In this document: positions 9,077 to 17,529 of the stretch, piece after piece
Position numbering within the stretch: the first letter of the stretch is position 1
How the letters are laid out: every line of letters starts with the position of its first letter
From: Nitrospirota bacterium
Lineage (GTDB): Bacteria; Nitrospirota; JACRHJ01
Direction of reading: 5' to 3'
NCBI GenBank assembly: GCA_963733375.1
Contig: CAVTDB010000012.1
Location: forward strand, 1-22,551
DNA: 22,551 bases
The notes under the pieces: generated by a model
Told to the model about the DNA's origin: nothing
Databases searched by the model: none
Seen by the model: only the letters and a program-made list of their open reading frames with translations
Program-made: the position numbers and the translations under genes

Positions 9077-9476
9077 ATGTTAAGAAAAGCGAAAGGACAT
9101 CCGGAAGTGGAGGAGATGGTCGCATTCCTGGGGAAGGGGACGGACTTCAAGGGGACGCTCCATTTCGAGGGCACCATCCGGATCGACGGCAGGCTGGAGG
9201 GCGAGATATATACCAAGGACACCCTGATAATCGGCGAGGCCGGCCGAGGTGATGGGAGAGATAAACGTCGGCACGCTTATCTCGTCGGGCAGGATTACCG
9301 GCAACGTGAAGGCGGCCCGCGCGGCGCACCTCATGATGCCGGGCAGGCTGGACGGGAACGTCGATACGCCGTCGCTCAAAGTGGAGGAAGGCTTCTCGTT
9401 TAACGGCAGGTGCGAGATGTCGGACGCAAAGGCCAGCGCCGTCCTGGGCGCGGTAAAAGAATCGCTAAGCGTGTAA
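9077..9476 (+). CDS. Bactofilin (polymer-forming cytoskeletal protein; frameshift near 9245)
   Basis: AFLGKGTDFKGTLHFEGTIRIDGRLEGEI..LIIGE continues as GEINVGTLISSGRITGNV..GRLDGNVDTPSLKVEEGFSFNGRCEM. AAGGAGG RBS present. Confidence 0.9.
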
Positions 9477-9480
9477 GACC

Positions 9481-9580
9481 GTTACTTTTCTTTTGGGTAA
9501 AAGAAAAGTAACACAAAAGAAAACCGGACATAAAAACAAGTTTAAAAGTTTTTGGCGTTACCTTTTTACAAAAAGGTGAC
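9481..9580. repeat. Type A + type B doublet
   Basis: GTTACTTTTCTTTT-gggt-AAAAGAAAAGTAAC-ACAAAAGAAAACC ... TTTAAAAGTTTTTGGC-GTTACCTTTTT-ac-AAAAAGGTGAC. Confidence 0.9.
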
Positions 9581-9596
9581 AAGGGGTTTAAAAATA

Positions 9597-10646
9597 ATGA
9601 TAAGAAAGATTGCCGTCGCCATGAGCGGCGGCGTGGACAGCTCGGTTACCGCGGCTCTTCTGAAGCAGTCCGGCGAGGACGTAACAGGCGTAACCATGCG
9701 TCTTTGGGGCGAGGAGTCCGACTCGGCGAGCGCCGTGGAGTCCGCGCGAGAGGTATGCAGGATAATAGGTATCGAACACAAGGTCCTGGACCTCCGTGAG
9801 ATATTCAAACAGGAGATAATCGATTACTTCCTGGACAGCTACGTGCAGGCATACACCCCGAACCCCTGCGTCAGGTGCAACCAGAAGATAAAGTTCGGCA
9901 CGCTGATGAAGCTCGTTGACCTTGTCAACGCGGAGAGGCTGGCCACCGGACATTACGCGCGGATCGGTCTGGACAGGATTTCGGGCAGGCACCTCCTGCT
10001 TCAGGGTGCGGATATGCGAAAGGACCAGAGTTACTTTCTTTATCGTTTAAGTCAGAGCCAGCTCGCGCACGCCATGTTCCCCCTGGGCGAAATGCAAAAG
10101 AGCGAGGTAATCGAGACGGCGAGACAAATGGGTCTTCCCTCAGCCGAGCGCGAGGAGAGCCAGGAGGTCTGCTTCATCCCGGACAACGATTACCGCGGCC
10201 TCATCGAATCAGAGAGGCCGGAGGCAGTGAAAGAGGGCGAGTTCGTGGACAGGGAGGGGAACGTCATCGGGCGGCATCGGGGAGTCGCTTTCTATACCGA
10301 GGGCCAGAGGCGCGGCCTTAATTTCTCGTCGCCCGGCGGCCGGAGCTACGTAACGAACCGGGACCCGGAGACGAACCGGATTACGCTGGGCGCTCCCGAG
10401 GACCTGCAAAAGAGTGAGTTTTTCGTAAAAGAGACCAACTGGATTTCATTTTCCGGCATCTATGGCCCCATGCCCTGCGACGTCAAGCTCCGCCACCGTT
10501 TCGCCCCCGCCGGTTGCATGGTATACCCGGAAGAGGGCGGCGCACGCGTAGTGTTCGATGCGCCCACGGCGGGAGCCGTGCCGGGCCAGTCGGCGGTATT
10601 CTATCACGGCGACACGGTGCTTGGCGGGGGGATAATACAGAAATAG
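9597..10646 (+). CDS. mnmA: tRNA 2-thiouridine(34) synthase MnmA
   Basis: AVAMSGGVDSS PP-loop, TPNPCVRCN, ATGHYAR, KDQSYFL, ESQEVCF, YTEGQRRGL, PGQSAVFY. Start moved to ATG 9597 because the upstream extension is repeat-derived. Confidence 0.96.
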   Translation: MIRKIAVAMSGGVDSSVTAALLKQSGEDVTGVTMRLWGEESDSASAVESAREVCRIIGIEHKVLDLREIFKQEIIDYFLDSYVQAYTPNPCVRCNQKIKFGTLMKLVDLVNAERLATGHYARIGLDRISGRHLLLQGADMRKDQSYFLYRLSQSQLAHAMFPLGEMQKSEVIETARQMGLPSAEREESQEVCFIPDNDYRGLIESERPEAVKEGEFVDREGNVIGRHRGVAFYTEGQRRGLNFSSPGGRSYVTNRDPETNRITLGAPEDLQKSEFFVKETNWISFSGIYGPMPCDVKLRHRFAPAGCMVYPEEGGARVVFDAPTAGAVPGQSAVFYHGDTVLGGGIIQK

Positions 10647-10652
10647 TGATTT

Positions 10653-10782
10653 CTACTTTTCTTTTGGAAAAAAGAAAAGTAGCAAAAGAAAACCGGACCG
10701 AAAAACCCGCTATTTTTTCTTTAATTTAAGCTATACTAATCCTAAAAGTTTTTTGCGCTACTTTTTTACCAAAAAAGTAGCG
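10653..10782. repeat. Type A (10653-10694) + type B (10743-10782) doublet
   Basis: CTACTTTTCTTTT-ggaa-AAAAGAAAAGTAG-CAAAAGAAAACC ... TAAAAGTTTTTTG-CGCTACTTTTTT-acc-AAAAAAGTAGCG. Confidence 0.9.
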
Positions 10783-10806
10783 GTTTTGTTTTTAACGGAG
10801 GTGTCG

Positions 10807-12588
10807 ATGTTAAAGAAGTTGGACAGGGAAGCCGGCCAGCTCATATTCCATACGGACGGCATGGTCTGCTCCACCGCGAGAGACCTCCTTCAAAGCGATA
10901 TATTCGTGCAGGTGGTGGATGATTTCATCCGTACGCTCGCCTTCGACGACCCGCAGTTCCTGGACTCCATCGACCCCAGGCTTAAAGAAAGCGGCGGCAG
11001 CCGCCTTATGATCGAGCTGCTTCGGGCATTAGCATATGATCCCCTGGAGCGGGCGGTGAAGGCCGTGCCGGGAGCGGAAGGCCTTATCGAGAAGCGGCGC
11101 GAACTGCACGACTTCCTGGAGCGGCTCTACGACTTCTGGCGCGTGTTCAACCGCTACATGGTGCTCCACTCCGAGGCCGGCCCGAACAGCATGGACCGGC
11201 GCCCTTATCAAACCTTCAGCGCCACCATAGAAGTACTGACGCATCTCGTCCGGAGCGTCTACCGGGAGATAAACGAGAACATCCTGGGGCAAAAACCCCG
11301 CGTCTATCGCCAGGTATCCGCGGGCTGCAGCGTCGGGATAATCGCCGTGCCGAGCGGGGATAGCCTTCCGCCGCGTTATACGGACAAGCTTGGTGAAATC
11401 CCCATAATCAGGCAGGTGTTGATAAACCCGCCGCTCATCATAGACCCCCCGATGAACAAGAGGACGGGGCTTTTCAAGCAGGTGCCGGACGACCTTCTGG
11501 ACGGGTTGCAGTTCGAGAGTGGGAAATGGCTCTGCTACCCCGCGCAGGTCGGCCCGCTCGTGGTGTTCATCTACTTCCATCAGTGCTTCATCGGCCTGGG
11601 CTCGTCTTTAGCCAACCTCTTCGATATCGCGGCCGACGAGAAAATAGCAACCGGGCCTGATGCTATATTCATCTACGGCGCGGACCCGGAGGCGATGAAG
11701 AAATTCGGCGACCTGCCTACCGTGTTTCACGACGACACGGAAAATAATATCCTTGTAGGCGCGGTGCCCAGGGAGGACCGTTTCGGCTACTTCGGCTATC
11801 TCAAGAAGATGGCGCTGACACTGCACAACGTGGCGATGATGAAGCGGGGGCGTCTGCCTTATCACGGCTCGATGAGCAGGATTATACTGAAAGACGGGAG
11901 CGCCGCCGACGTCCTCATCATCGGGGACACCGCGACCGGGAAATCGGAGTCTCTGGAGGCCTTCCGGCTCCTGGGCAAAGATAAGATTGCAGAGCTTATT
12001 ATAATCGCGGACGATATGGGCTCTCTTGAGATTGCGGAGGACGGCCGGCTTAAGGGATACGGGACGGAGACGGGGGCGTTCGTGCGGCTTGACGACCTCC
12101 AGGCCGGGTACGCCTTCGGTAAGATTGACCGCTCTATCATCATGAGCCCGCAGAAGACAAACGCCCGGGTCGTTTTGCCGGTGACTACTCTGGGCGAGGT
12201 ACTGCACGGGCATAACGTGGACTTTATTTTATATGCGAACAACTTTGAGGAGACGGACGCGGACCACCCGATAATCGAGAGGTTCGATTCAGCCGGGAGC
12301 GCGCTTCGGGTTTTCCGGGAAGGCGCCGCGATGTCCAAGGGCACGACCCAGGCGACCGGCCTCACGCACCACTATTTCGCGAACCCGTTCGGCGCGCCGC
12401 AGTACCGGGAGCTGCATGACACGATAGCGGAGAAGGTTTTCGATGCGGCATTTAAGAGCGGCGTTTTCGTGGGCCAGCTGCGGACGCGACTGGGCATTGC
12501 TGGATGCGAGACAGAGGGGCCGCACGAGGCGGCGGCGGCGCTGCTCGCGCAGATACTCGAAAAATGTTCCGAAGAGAAATGCGGGTAA
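10807..12588 (+). CDS. Divergent phosphoenolpyruvate carboxykinase-like protein
   Basis: PEPCK-like motifs in the expected order: YFGYLKK, LPYHGS, P-loop GDTATGKSE, IIADD, GTETGAFVR, TNARV, FANPFG. GGAGG RBS precedes ATG 10807. Confidence 0.75.
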   Translation: MLKKLDREAGQLIFHTDGMVCSTARDLLQSDIFVQVVDDFIRTLAFDDPQFLDSIDPRLKESGGSRLMIELLRALAYDPLERAVKAVPGAEGLIEKRRELHDFLERLYDFWRVFNRYMVLHSEAGPNSMDRRPYQTFSATIEVLTHLVRSVYREINENILGQKPRVYRQVSAGCSVGIIAVPSGDSLPPRYTDKLGEIPIIRQVLINPPLIIDPPMNKRTGLFKQVPDDLLDGLQFESGKWLCYPAQVGPLVVFIYFHQCFIGLGSSLANLFDIAADEKIATGPDAIFIYGADPEAMKKFGDLPTVFHDDTENNILVGAVPREDRFGYFGYLKKMALTLHNVAMMKRGRLPYHGSMSRIILKDGSAADVLIIGDTATGKSESLEAFRLLGKDKIAELIIIADDMGSLEIAEDGRLKGYGTETGAFVRLDDLQAGYAFGKIDRSIIMSPQKTNARVVLPVTTLGEVLHGHNVDFILYANNFEETDADHPIIERFDSAGSALRVFREGAAMSKGTTQATGLTHHYFANPFGAPQYRELHDTIAEKVFDAAFKSGVFVGQLRTRLGIAGCETEGPHEAAAALLAQILEKCSEEKCG

Positions 12589-12592
12589 AGTC

Positions 12593-12682
12593 GTTACTTT
12601 TCTTTCGAGAAAGAAAAGTAACACAAAAGAAAGCTGGACAGTTTAAAAGTTTTTGGCTCCACCTTTTTCCCAAAAAGGTGGA
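12593..12682. repeat. Type A + type B doublet between convergent genes
   Basis: GTTACTTTTCTTTC-ga-GAAAGAAAAGTAAC-ACAAAAGAAAGC ... TTTAAAAGTTTTTGGC-TCCACCTTTTT-ccc-AAAAAGGTGGA. Confidence 0.9.
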
Positions 12683-12691
12683 AAAGGTTTG

Positions 12692-13960
12692 CTATTCTGG
12701 TATCTCTTCGATGGGGCAGCTCTCGCCGGTCAAGCGGTTGACGGAAGTGCTGTACCTGCCGATGTGGGTGGAGGCGGTGTGGTAGGCGTCCTGCGCTTTG
12801 GTAATGGACTTCCCGACGTCTTCGAACTTCCTCTCGAAATCGCCGAAATGCTTCCGCGCCTTCCTTATATTCTCCACCGTCTGCTCCACGCCCTTGGCCA
12901 TCTGGTAGTAGTCATACGAGATGCGGACGCCGTTTAACGTCACGGCCAGGGTATTGGGAGATACCGGAAATACTTTCAGCTTCGTAAGCGCGGCCCATAG
13001 CTCCGTATCCCGGACGATCTCGAAATAAAGCATCTCGGACGGCAGGAACATAAGGCCCATGTTAGTCGTGCCCAGCTCCGGGCGGACGTACTTCTCCGAT
13101 ATGTCCTTCGCCTGGGCCTTCACGACAGCGCACAGCGCCTTTCTGGCCTCGGCGATTTTTCCCTGGTCGCAGCTGTCGAACAGCGGCAGGACCTGCTCGC
13201 GCGGGAACTTGCTGTCTATGGGGAGCGACGCGCCGGGGAGTTTCACCAGGACGTCTACCCGGTTGGCGCCTATCTGGGCCTGAAGCTCGTACAGGTCCGA
13301 CGGCAAAAACTCCGACAGCAAAAGCTCCAGCGCCGCCTCCCCGAAGCCGCCCCGGAGGTGCGGGAGCTTCAGCAGGCTGTTCAGCTCGTTCACGGACACT
13401 CCGACCGCGGACAGGCCGGCAAGCTGTATCTCCGCCTTCTTCAGGTGCTCCTGGACTTTCTCGAAATGAGCGAACCCTTCCTTGATGTTCTCGTCCAGCT
13501 TCGCCTGCACCTGGTTTCCGATCTCCATCAGCCGGAGGTCCACCTTCTCCCGTATGGTGTCAAGGGATAAAGCGGTATTCTGCCCGAACTCGCCAAGCCT
13601 TTTAATAATGGCTTCGGTGGCCGCCGTCCCCGCCTTGGCGGATTCAAGGCGCCCCGCCTTGAGTTCCGCATCCACCTTGTCCCGTATCTCGCCCAGGTTC
13701 AGGGAGAGCCTGTCCTGCATCACGGTCAGGGCGTCAGCTAACCTGTCCGAGACCCCCTCGCGCACCCCGGCGGAAGACGCGGCAATCCTCTCGGAGAGCT
13801 CGGAGGATACCTTCCTTAACGTGTCGGCAGTCTCGGATCGGCCTTGGTTAAAAAGGTCTTGAACCTTTTGCGCCTCCCGGTCGGCCCCGCTTTTGCGCAG
13901 AAGGATGACGGCCGCAAGGAAAAGCGTCGCTATCGAAGCGATTAAGGTAATTATTTCCAT
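12692..13960 (-). CDS. rmuC: DNA recombination protein RmuC family
   Basis: N-terminal TM, coiled coil, RGGFGEAALE, RVDVLVKLP..LPIDSKFP nuclease-like motif, MFLPSE, VSPNTL. Confidence 0.9.
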   Translation of the reverse strand: MEIITLIASIATLFLAAVILLRKSGADREAQKVQDLFNQGRSETADTLRKVSSELSERIAASSAGVREGVSDRLADALTVMQDRLSLNLGEIRDKVDAELKAGRLESAKAGTAATEAIIKRLGEFGQNTALSLDTIREKVDLRLMEIGNQVQAKLDENIKEGFAHFEKVQEHLKKAEIQLAGLSAVGVSVNELNSLLKLPHLRGGFGEAALELLLSEFLPSDLYELQAQIGANRVDVLVKLPGASLPIDSKFPREQVLPLFDSCDQGKIAEARKALCAVVKAQAKDISEKYVRPELGTTNMGLMFLPSEMLYFEIVRDTELWAALTKLKVFPVSPNTLAVTLNGVRISYDYYQMAKGVEQTVENIRKARKHFGDFERKFEDVGKSITKAQDAYHTASTHIGRYSTSVNRLTGESCPIEEIPE

Positions 13961-13966
13961 CAGGCG

Positions 13967-13996
13967 ATATTACATCACCCTGCAAACCGTTGGCAA
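13967..13996 (-). promoter_or_regulatory. Putative rmuC promoter (leaderless geometry)
   Basis: Minus strand reads TTGCCA, 18 bp, TAATAT, 6 bp, ATG. No Shine-Dalgarno sequence. Confidence 0.5.
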
Positions 13997-14066
13997 GCAT
14001 AAACTATTATGGATTTGATCGAAGCTGGAATCGTTAGTTAAGCAAAAGCCGGCCAAACCCGTTTAT

Positions 14067-14267
14067 TTCCGGGGGATGATTGACAAAATTTGGTTATTTT
14101 GTTAAGAGTTAAGAAATAGTGCGTATCTTTTCCCAGCCTTAAGCAAGCCGTAAATTTCTTCTTTTCCAAAGTATAAAGCAATCCAGAAGTAAAGAGCAAC
14201 CCTTCACTTGCCGCGCCATTCCGCGGGCGGCGCAAATCAGACGGGGAGGATAGCTCATCCCCCGGAA
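14067..14267. repeat. Perfect 13-bp inverted repeat pair bracketing the mtrA promoter/leader
   Basis: TTCCGGGGGATGA (14067-14079) and TCATCCCCCGGAA (14255-14267). Confidence 0.7.
14080..14108 (+). promoter_or_regulatory. Putative sigma70 promoter of mtrAB with an overlapping palindromic operator
   Basis: TTGACA, 17 bp, TAAGAG with an extended-10 TG. Dyad TTGACAAAAT-N6-ATTTTGTTAA (9/10 match). Confidence 0.55.
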
Positions 14268-14277
14268 GGAGGGGTCA

Positions 14278-15211
14278 ATGTACGGTAAGATGAACTTTTT
14301 TAAGGCGGCAGCCGCTGCTTTATTCCTGCTGGTTATCACCAGCCTTTCGGCCTATGCGGCCGATGGCGCTGCCGGCAGCTCCGGACGACAACGGTTACGT
14401 AGGCAACAACGTCTGCGCCGGGTGCCATCCGGACGAGGCGGCGAATTTCCAGACGAACATCCATATGCAGGCCGGGAAATTCTTCACGACGTTCCAGGGA
14501 TGCGAGACCTGCCACGGCCCCGGCGCAAACCACGCGAAAGAGGGCGACCCCACCAAGATCCGGAACCCGAAGAAACTGGACTCCCCGGCCATGAACGAGA
14601 TATGCCTGGGCTGCCATTTAAGGGGGAAGCTTGCCCTCTGGAAAGGCAGCACGCACGAGACCAGGAGCCTCGCCTGCACGAACTGCCATTCCGTGCACCA
14701 CGGCTACAAGCATCTTTTAGTGATGGACAACGAGATAGATGTCTGCGCGCGCTGCCACGGCGACGTCCGGGCCGAGTTATGGCGCTCCAGCCACCATCCG
14801 GTCCGGGAGGGCAAGCTGACCTGCACGAACTGCCATAACCCGCACGGGACGATAGGCCCGAAGTTAGTTGACGCCCTCACGATAAACGACAAGTGCTTCG
14901 AGTGCCACGCGGAGAAGCGCGGGCCGTTTCTGTTCGAGCACAAGCCGGTGGTAGAGGATTGCATGAATTGCCATACGCCGCACGGCTCGAACCATACCAA
15001 GCTCCTGGCCCGCAAGAGTATCTACCTCTGCCAGTCGTGCCATTCCGGCTCAAGGCATCCCGGAACACTGTACGCCATGGGCGCGTCGACGAACGTGCCG
15101 AACAATCCCTCCAGGAGCCTGGCCGTACAGGCAATTTACAGAGACTGCCTGAACTGTCACTCAGACATCCACGGGTCCAACAGCCCGTCTGGCGAATTTT
15201 TCTTAAGATAG
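14278..15211 (+). CDS. Periplasmic decaheme c-type cytochrome, MtrA/MtoA/PioA/DmsE family (frameshift near 14375)
   Basis: The 14278 frame gives a Sec signal peptide (..SLSAYA). The 14354 frame has exactly 10 CxxCH motifs plus family motifs SHHPVREG, CHNPHG, CHAEKRGPFLFEH, CHTPHGSNH and CHSDIHGSNSPSG. Confidence 0.93.
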
Positions 15212-15226
15212 GAGGAGGGGTCTACT

Positions 15227-17459
15227 ATGAAAAAATTCATGTTGATAACGTCATGCCTGCTGCTTCTGGCCGGCACGACCGCGCTCCCGGTTATGGCCCA
15301 GGAAGCCACCGCCCCTCCAGCAATCGCCCCTCCAGCCACCGCAGAGGCTCCCGCCCCCGCTCCGCCGCCTGCCCCCGAAGGAGAGGCCCCCGGATGGATA
15401 GCGCACGGGAGTATAACGGGTGGAGGCGAATACTTCTGGGAAGACAGCGGCAACGCGAAGTTTAACGAGTACCGCTACAAACAGTCCGAGCCCTGGGGCG
15501 GGTTCGGCGGACTGAACGCTTACGTCATATCCCCGGACGGGTCGCACAGGATGGACCTTTCCATCGACTACAGGAGCCCGGAGGACATCGATGTCGACTT
15601 GACGAGCCAGACCTTCGGGTTGTACAAGTTCGACTTCGGCTTCCAGAGGATGGGGCATGTTTTCGCCTACGGCGTGAAATCCGTCTTTGACGGGGTCGGC
15701 ACAGGGAACCTTACCCTGAAACCGGGCTTGGGTCTCCCGATCCCGGCGGCGAACCTGTCGGCGCTCCAGTCAGCGGATGCTCAGGCGAATTCCGTGGACC
15801 TGCTCCTCCGGCGAGACAAGCTCGGCGCGGACCTCGACCTGGACATGTTCTGGCCCGTGGACTTAAACCTCGGCTTCACCTGGGAGAACCGCAAAGGAGA
15901 CCGGCCATTCGGAGGATCATTGGGCTTCGGGGCCCCGGTGGAGATAGCCGAGCCTATAAACTACGACACCTACATCGGGAAGGCGGGGCTGGAATATGCC
16001 GACAAGACTCTTGTTCGCGCGCGCCAACTACTACCACTCCACCTTCGACAACCATATCCAGTCCTTAACGTGGGCAGAATCCCTTGCCGTGGCTGGCCTG
16101 GAAAGGACCTCCCTGCCCCCCAGCAACGAATACGATGACATAAACGGCGCTCTTGGCGTGAACCTGCCCATGCGCACCCGCGTGCTCTTCATAGGGAGCT
16201 ACGCCTGGGAAAACCAGAACGAGAACCTGCAGGCCCCGTCGGTAAACCCGGCGGCGGTATTCGGCCCCTGCCCAGGGCGAAGGCGGAATGCGAGGTGGAG
16301 TCGAAGCAGTTCGAGCTCCGGATTACTTCATCGCCGGTAGAGAAGCTTTCCGTGAAAGGGGATTTCAAGTACTTCGACCATATAAACAACACCCCGGTGG
16401 AGACCTTCACCGCCTTTCAGTATGATTCCGCGACCGCTTCGCTTTCGACTCCTGAATACAACAGCTGGGTCTCGCGCTCCGCGGAAGGCGAGGTGGCGTA
16501 TGAGATCCTGCCCAAGACCAACATCGGCGTAGACTACACATACCTCGACCAGACCTACTTCTACGAGATCACCGGGAGGATGACGGAGGTGGAAAATACC
16601 GAAAAGTACTTCATCGACACCCGGAACCTGGACTGGCTTACCGCGAAACTGAGCTTCCAGCATTCGGACAGGGAATCGAACTATGGCGACGAGGACATCG
16701 CCGGGGGTCAGCCCCCGCTGCTGAGGAAGTTCGACATGGCGGACAGGGACCGCTACATGGCGGACGCCATCGTGACGGTGATGCCCATCGACCCGCTCTC
16801 GTTCTCGCTTGAGTACAACTACGGCAGGGACCGCTACGACGAGTCGACTTCGGCCTGCAACTGAGCAAGTTCCAGACGGCGACCGCGGACGTGGACCTGC
16901 AGCGTCGCGAAGTGGGTGTCGCTGAATGCCTTCTATACCTATGAATACAACAGCCAGGGCCAGGAGGACAGGCAGTCGACGCCGCATCCGCGACAGAACT
17001 GCCCGTCACCAGTCAGCCCCAGCAACTGGAACCTGCGCACAAGGTCGAATATCCAGACCGTCGGCCTGGGGACGGACATGCAGGTCGTGCCGGAGTTCAT
17101 CAGTCTAAAAGCTGAAGGGACCTGGTCCAAGGTACAAGGCAAGGCCTTCTTCTCAAGCCCGTCGGCCCACGACCGGCCTGACCCAGACCTGAACGCCTTC
17201 ATCCCGCAAAACTTCAATAACCTCGACTCCAATGAGTTCTGGAGGGCGCTGGTTGAGCTCAAGGTACGGCTTTCAAAGAACATTCAGGCGACGCTCGGAT
17301 ACCAGTACGAGAGATGGAACGTAAAGGACTACCAGCGCGACGGCCTCATGAACGTCCAGACCAACGCCGCCGGGAGCTGTCGATCTCCTGAACATGGGCA
17401 CCCTGTACCAGCCATACGAGGTCCATTCGGTGTTCACCTCGCTGACGTATTTCTTCTAA
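15227..17459 (+). CDS. Outer-membrane beta-barrel porin, MtrB/MtoB/PioB family (about 4 frameshifts)
   Basis: Follows the decaheme gene with a GGAGG RBS. Signal peptide, AKFNEYR, IAEPINYDT, SLPPSNE, PLLRKFDMADRDR, YQYERW, amphipathic strands and a C-terminal aromatic end (SLTYFF*, TAA 17457-17459). Confidence 0.9.
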
Positions 17460-17483
17460 AAGGCCATAGGGGCCACGGAGTCA

Positions 17484-17508
17484 AGGGGGCGGGGAAAACC
17501 CGCCCCCT
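17484..17508 (+). terminator. GC-rich hairpin after mtrB (putative terminator or stabiliser)
   Basis: AGGGGGCGGG-gaaaa-CCCGCCCCCT with a weak U-tract. Confidence 0.5.
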
Positions 17509-17529
17509 CGTGTTATCTGAACCCTTTCC

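Noticed and set aside
9552-10806. N-terminal extensions of MnmA (from 9552) and the PEPCK-like protein (from 10753)
   Set aside because: They are translations of type B repeats. Better starts with RBS-like sequences exist at 9597 and 10807.
251-12682. A/T-rich hairpins as CRISPR repeats or intrinsic terminators
   Set aside because: They are dispersed with no regular spacers and no cas genes. The stems are A/T-rich and the U-rich tail precedes rather than follows the hairpin on either strand. Most lie between co-directional genes.
14185-14265. Cyclic-dinucleotide (GEMM) riboswitch upstream of the cytochrome
   Set aside because: GGCGCAAA and short hairpins are present, but the GGCAAACC...GNRA tetraloop/receptor architecture is not. 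An Rfam covariance search would be decisive.
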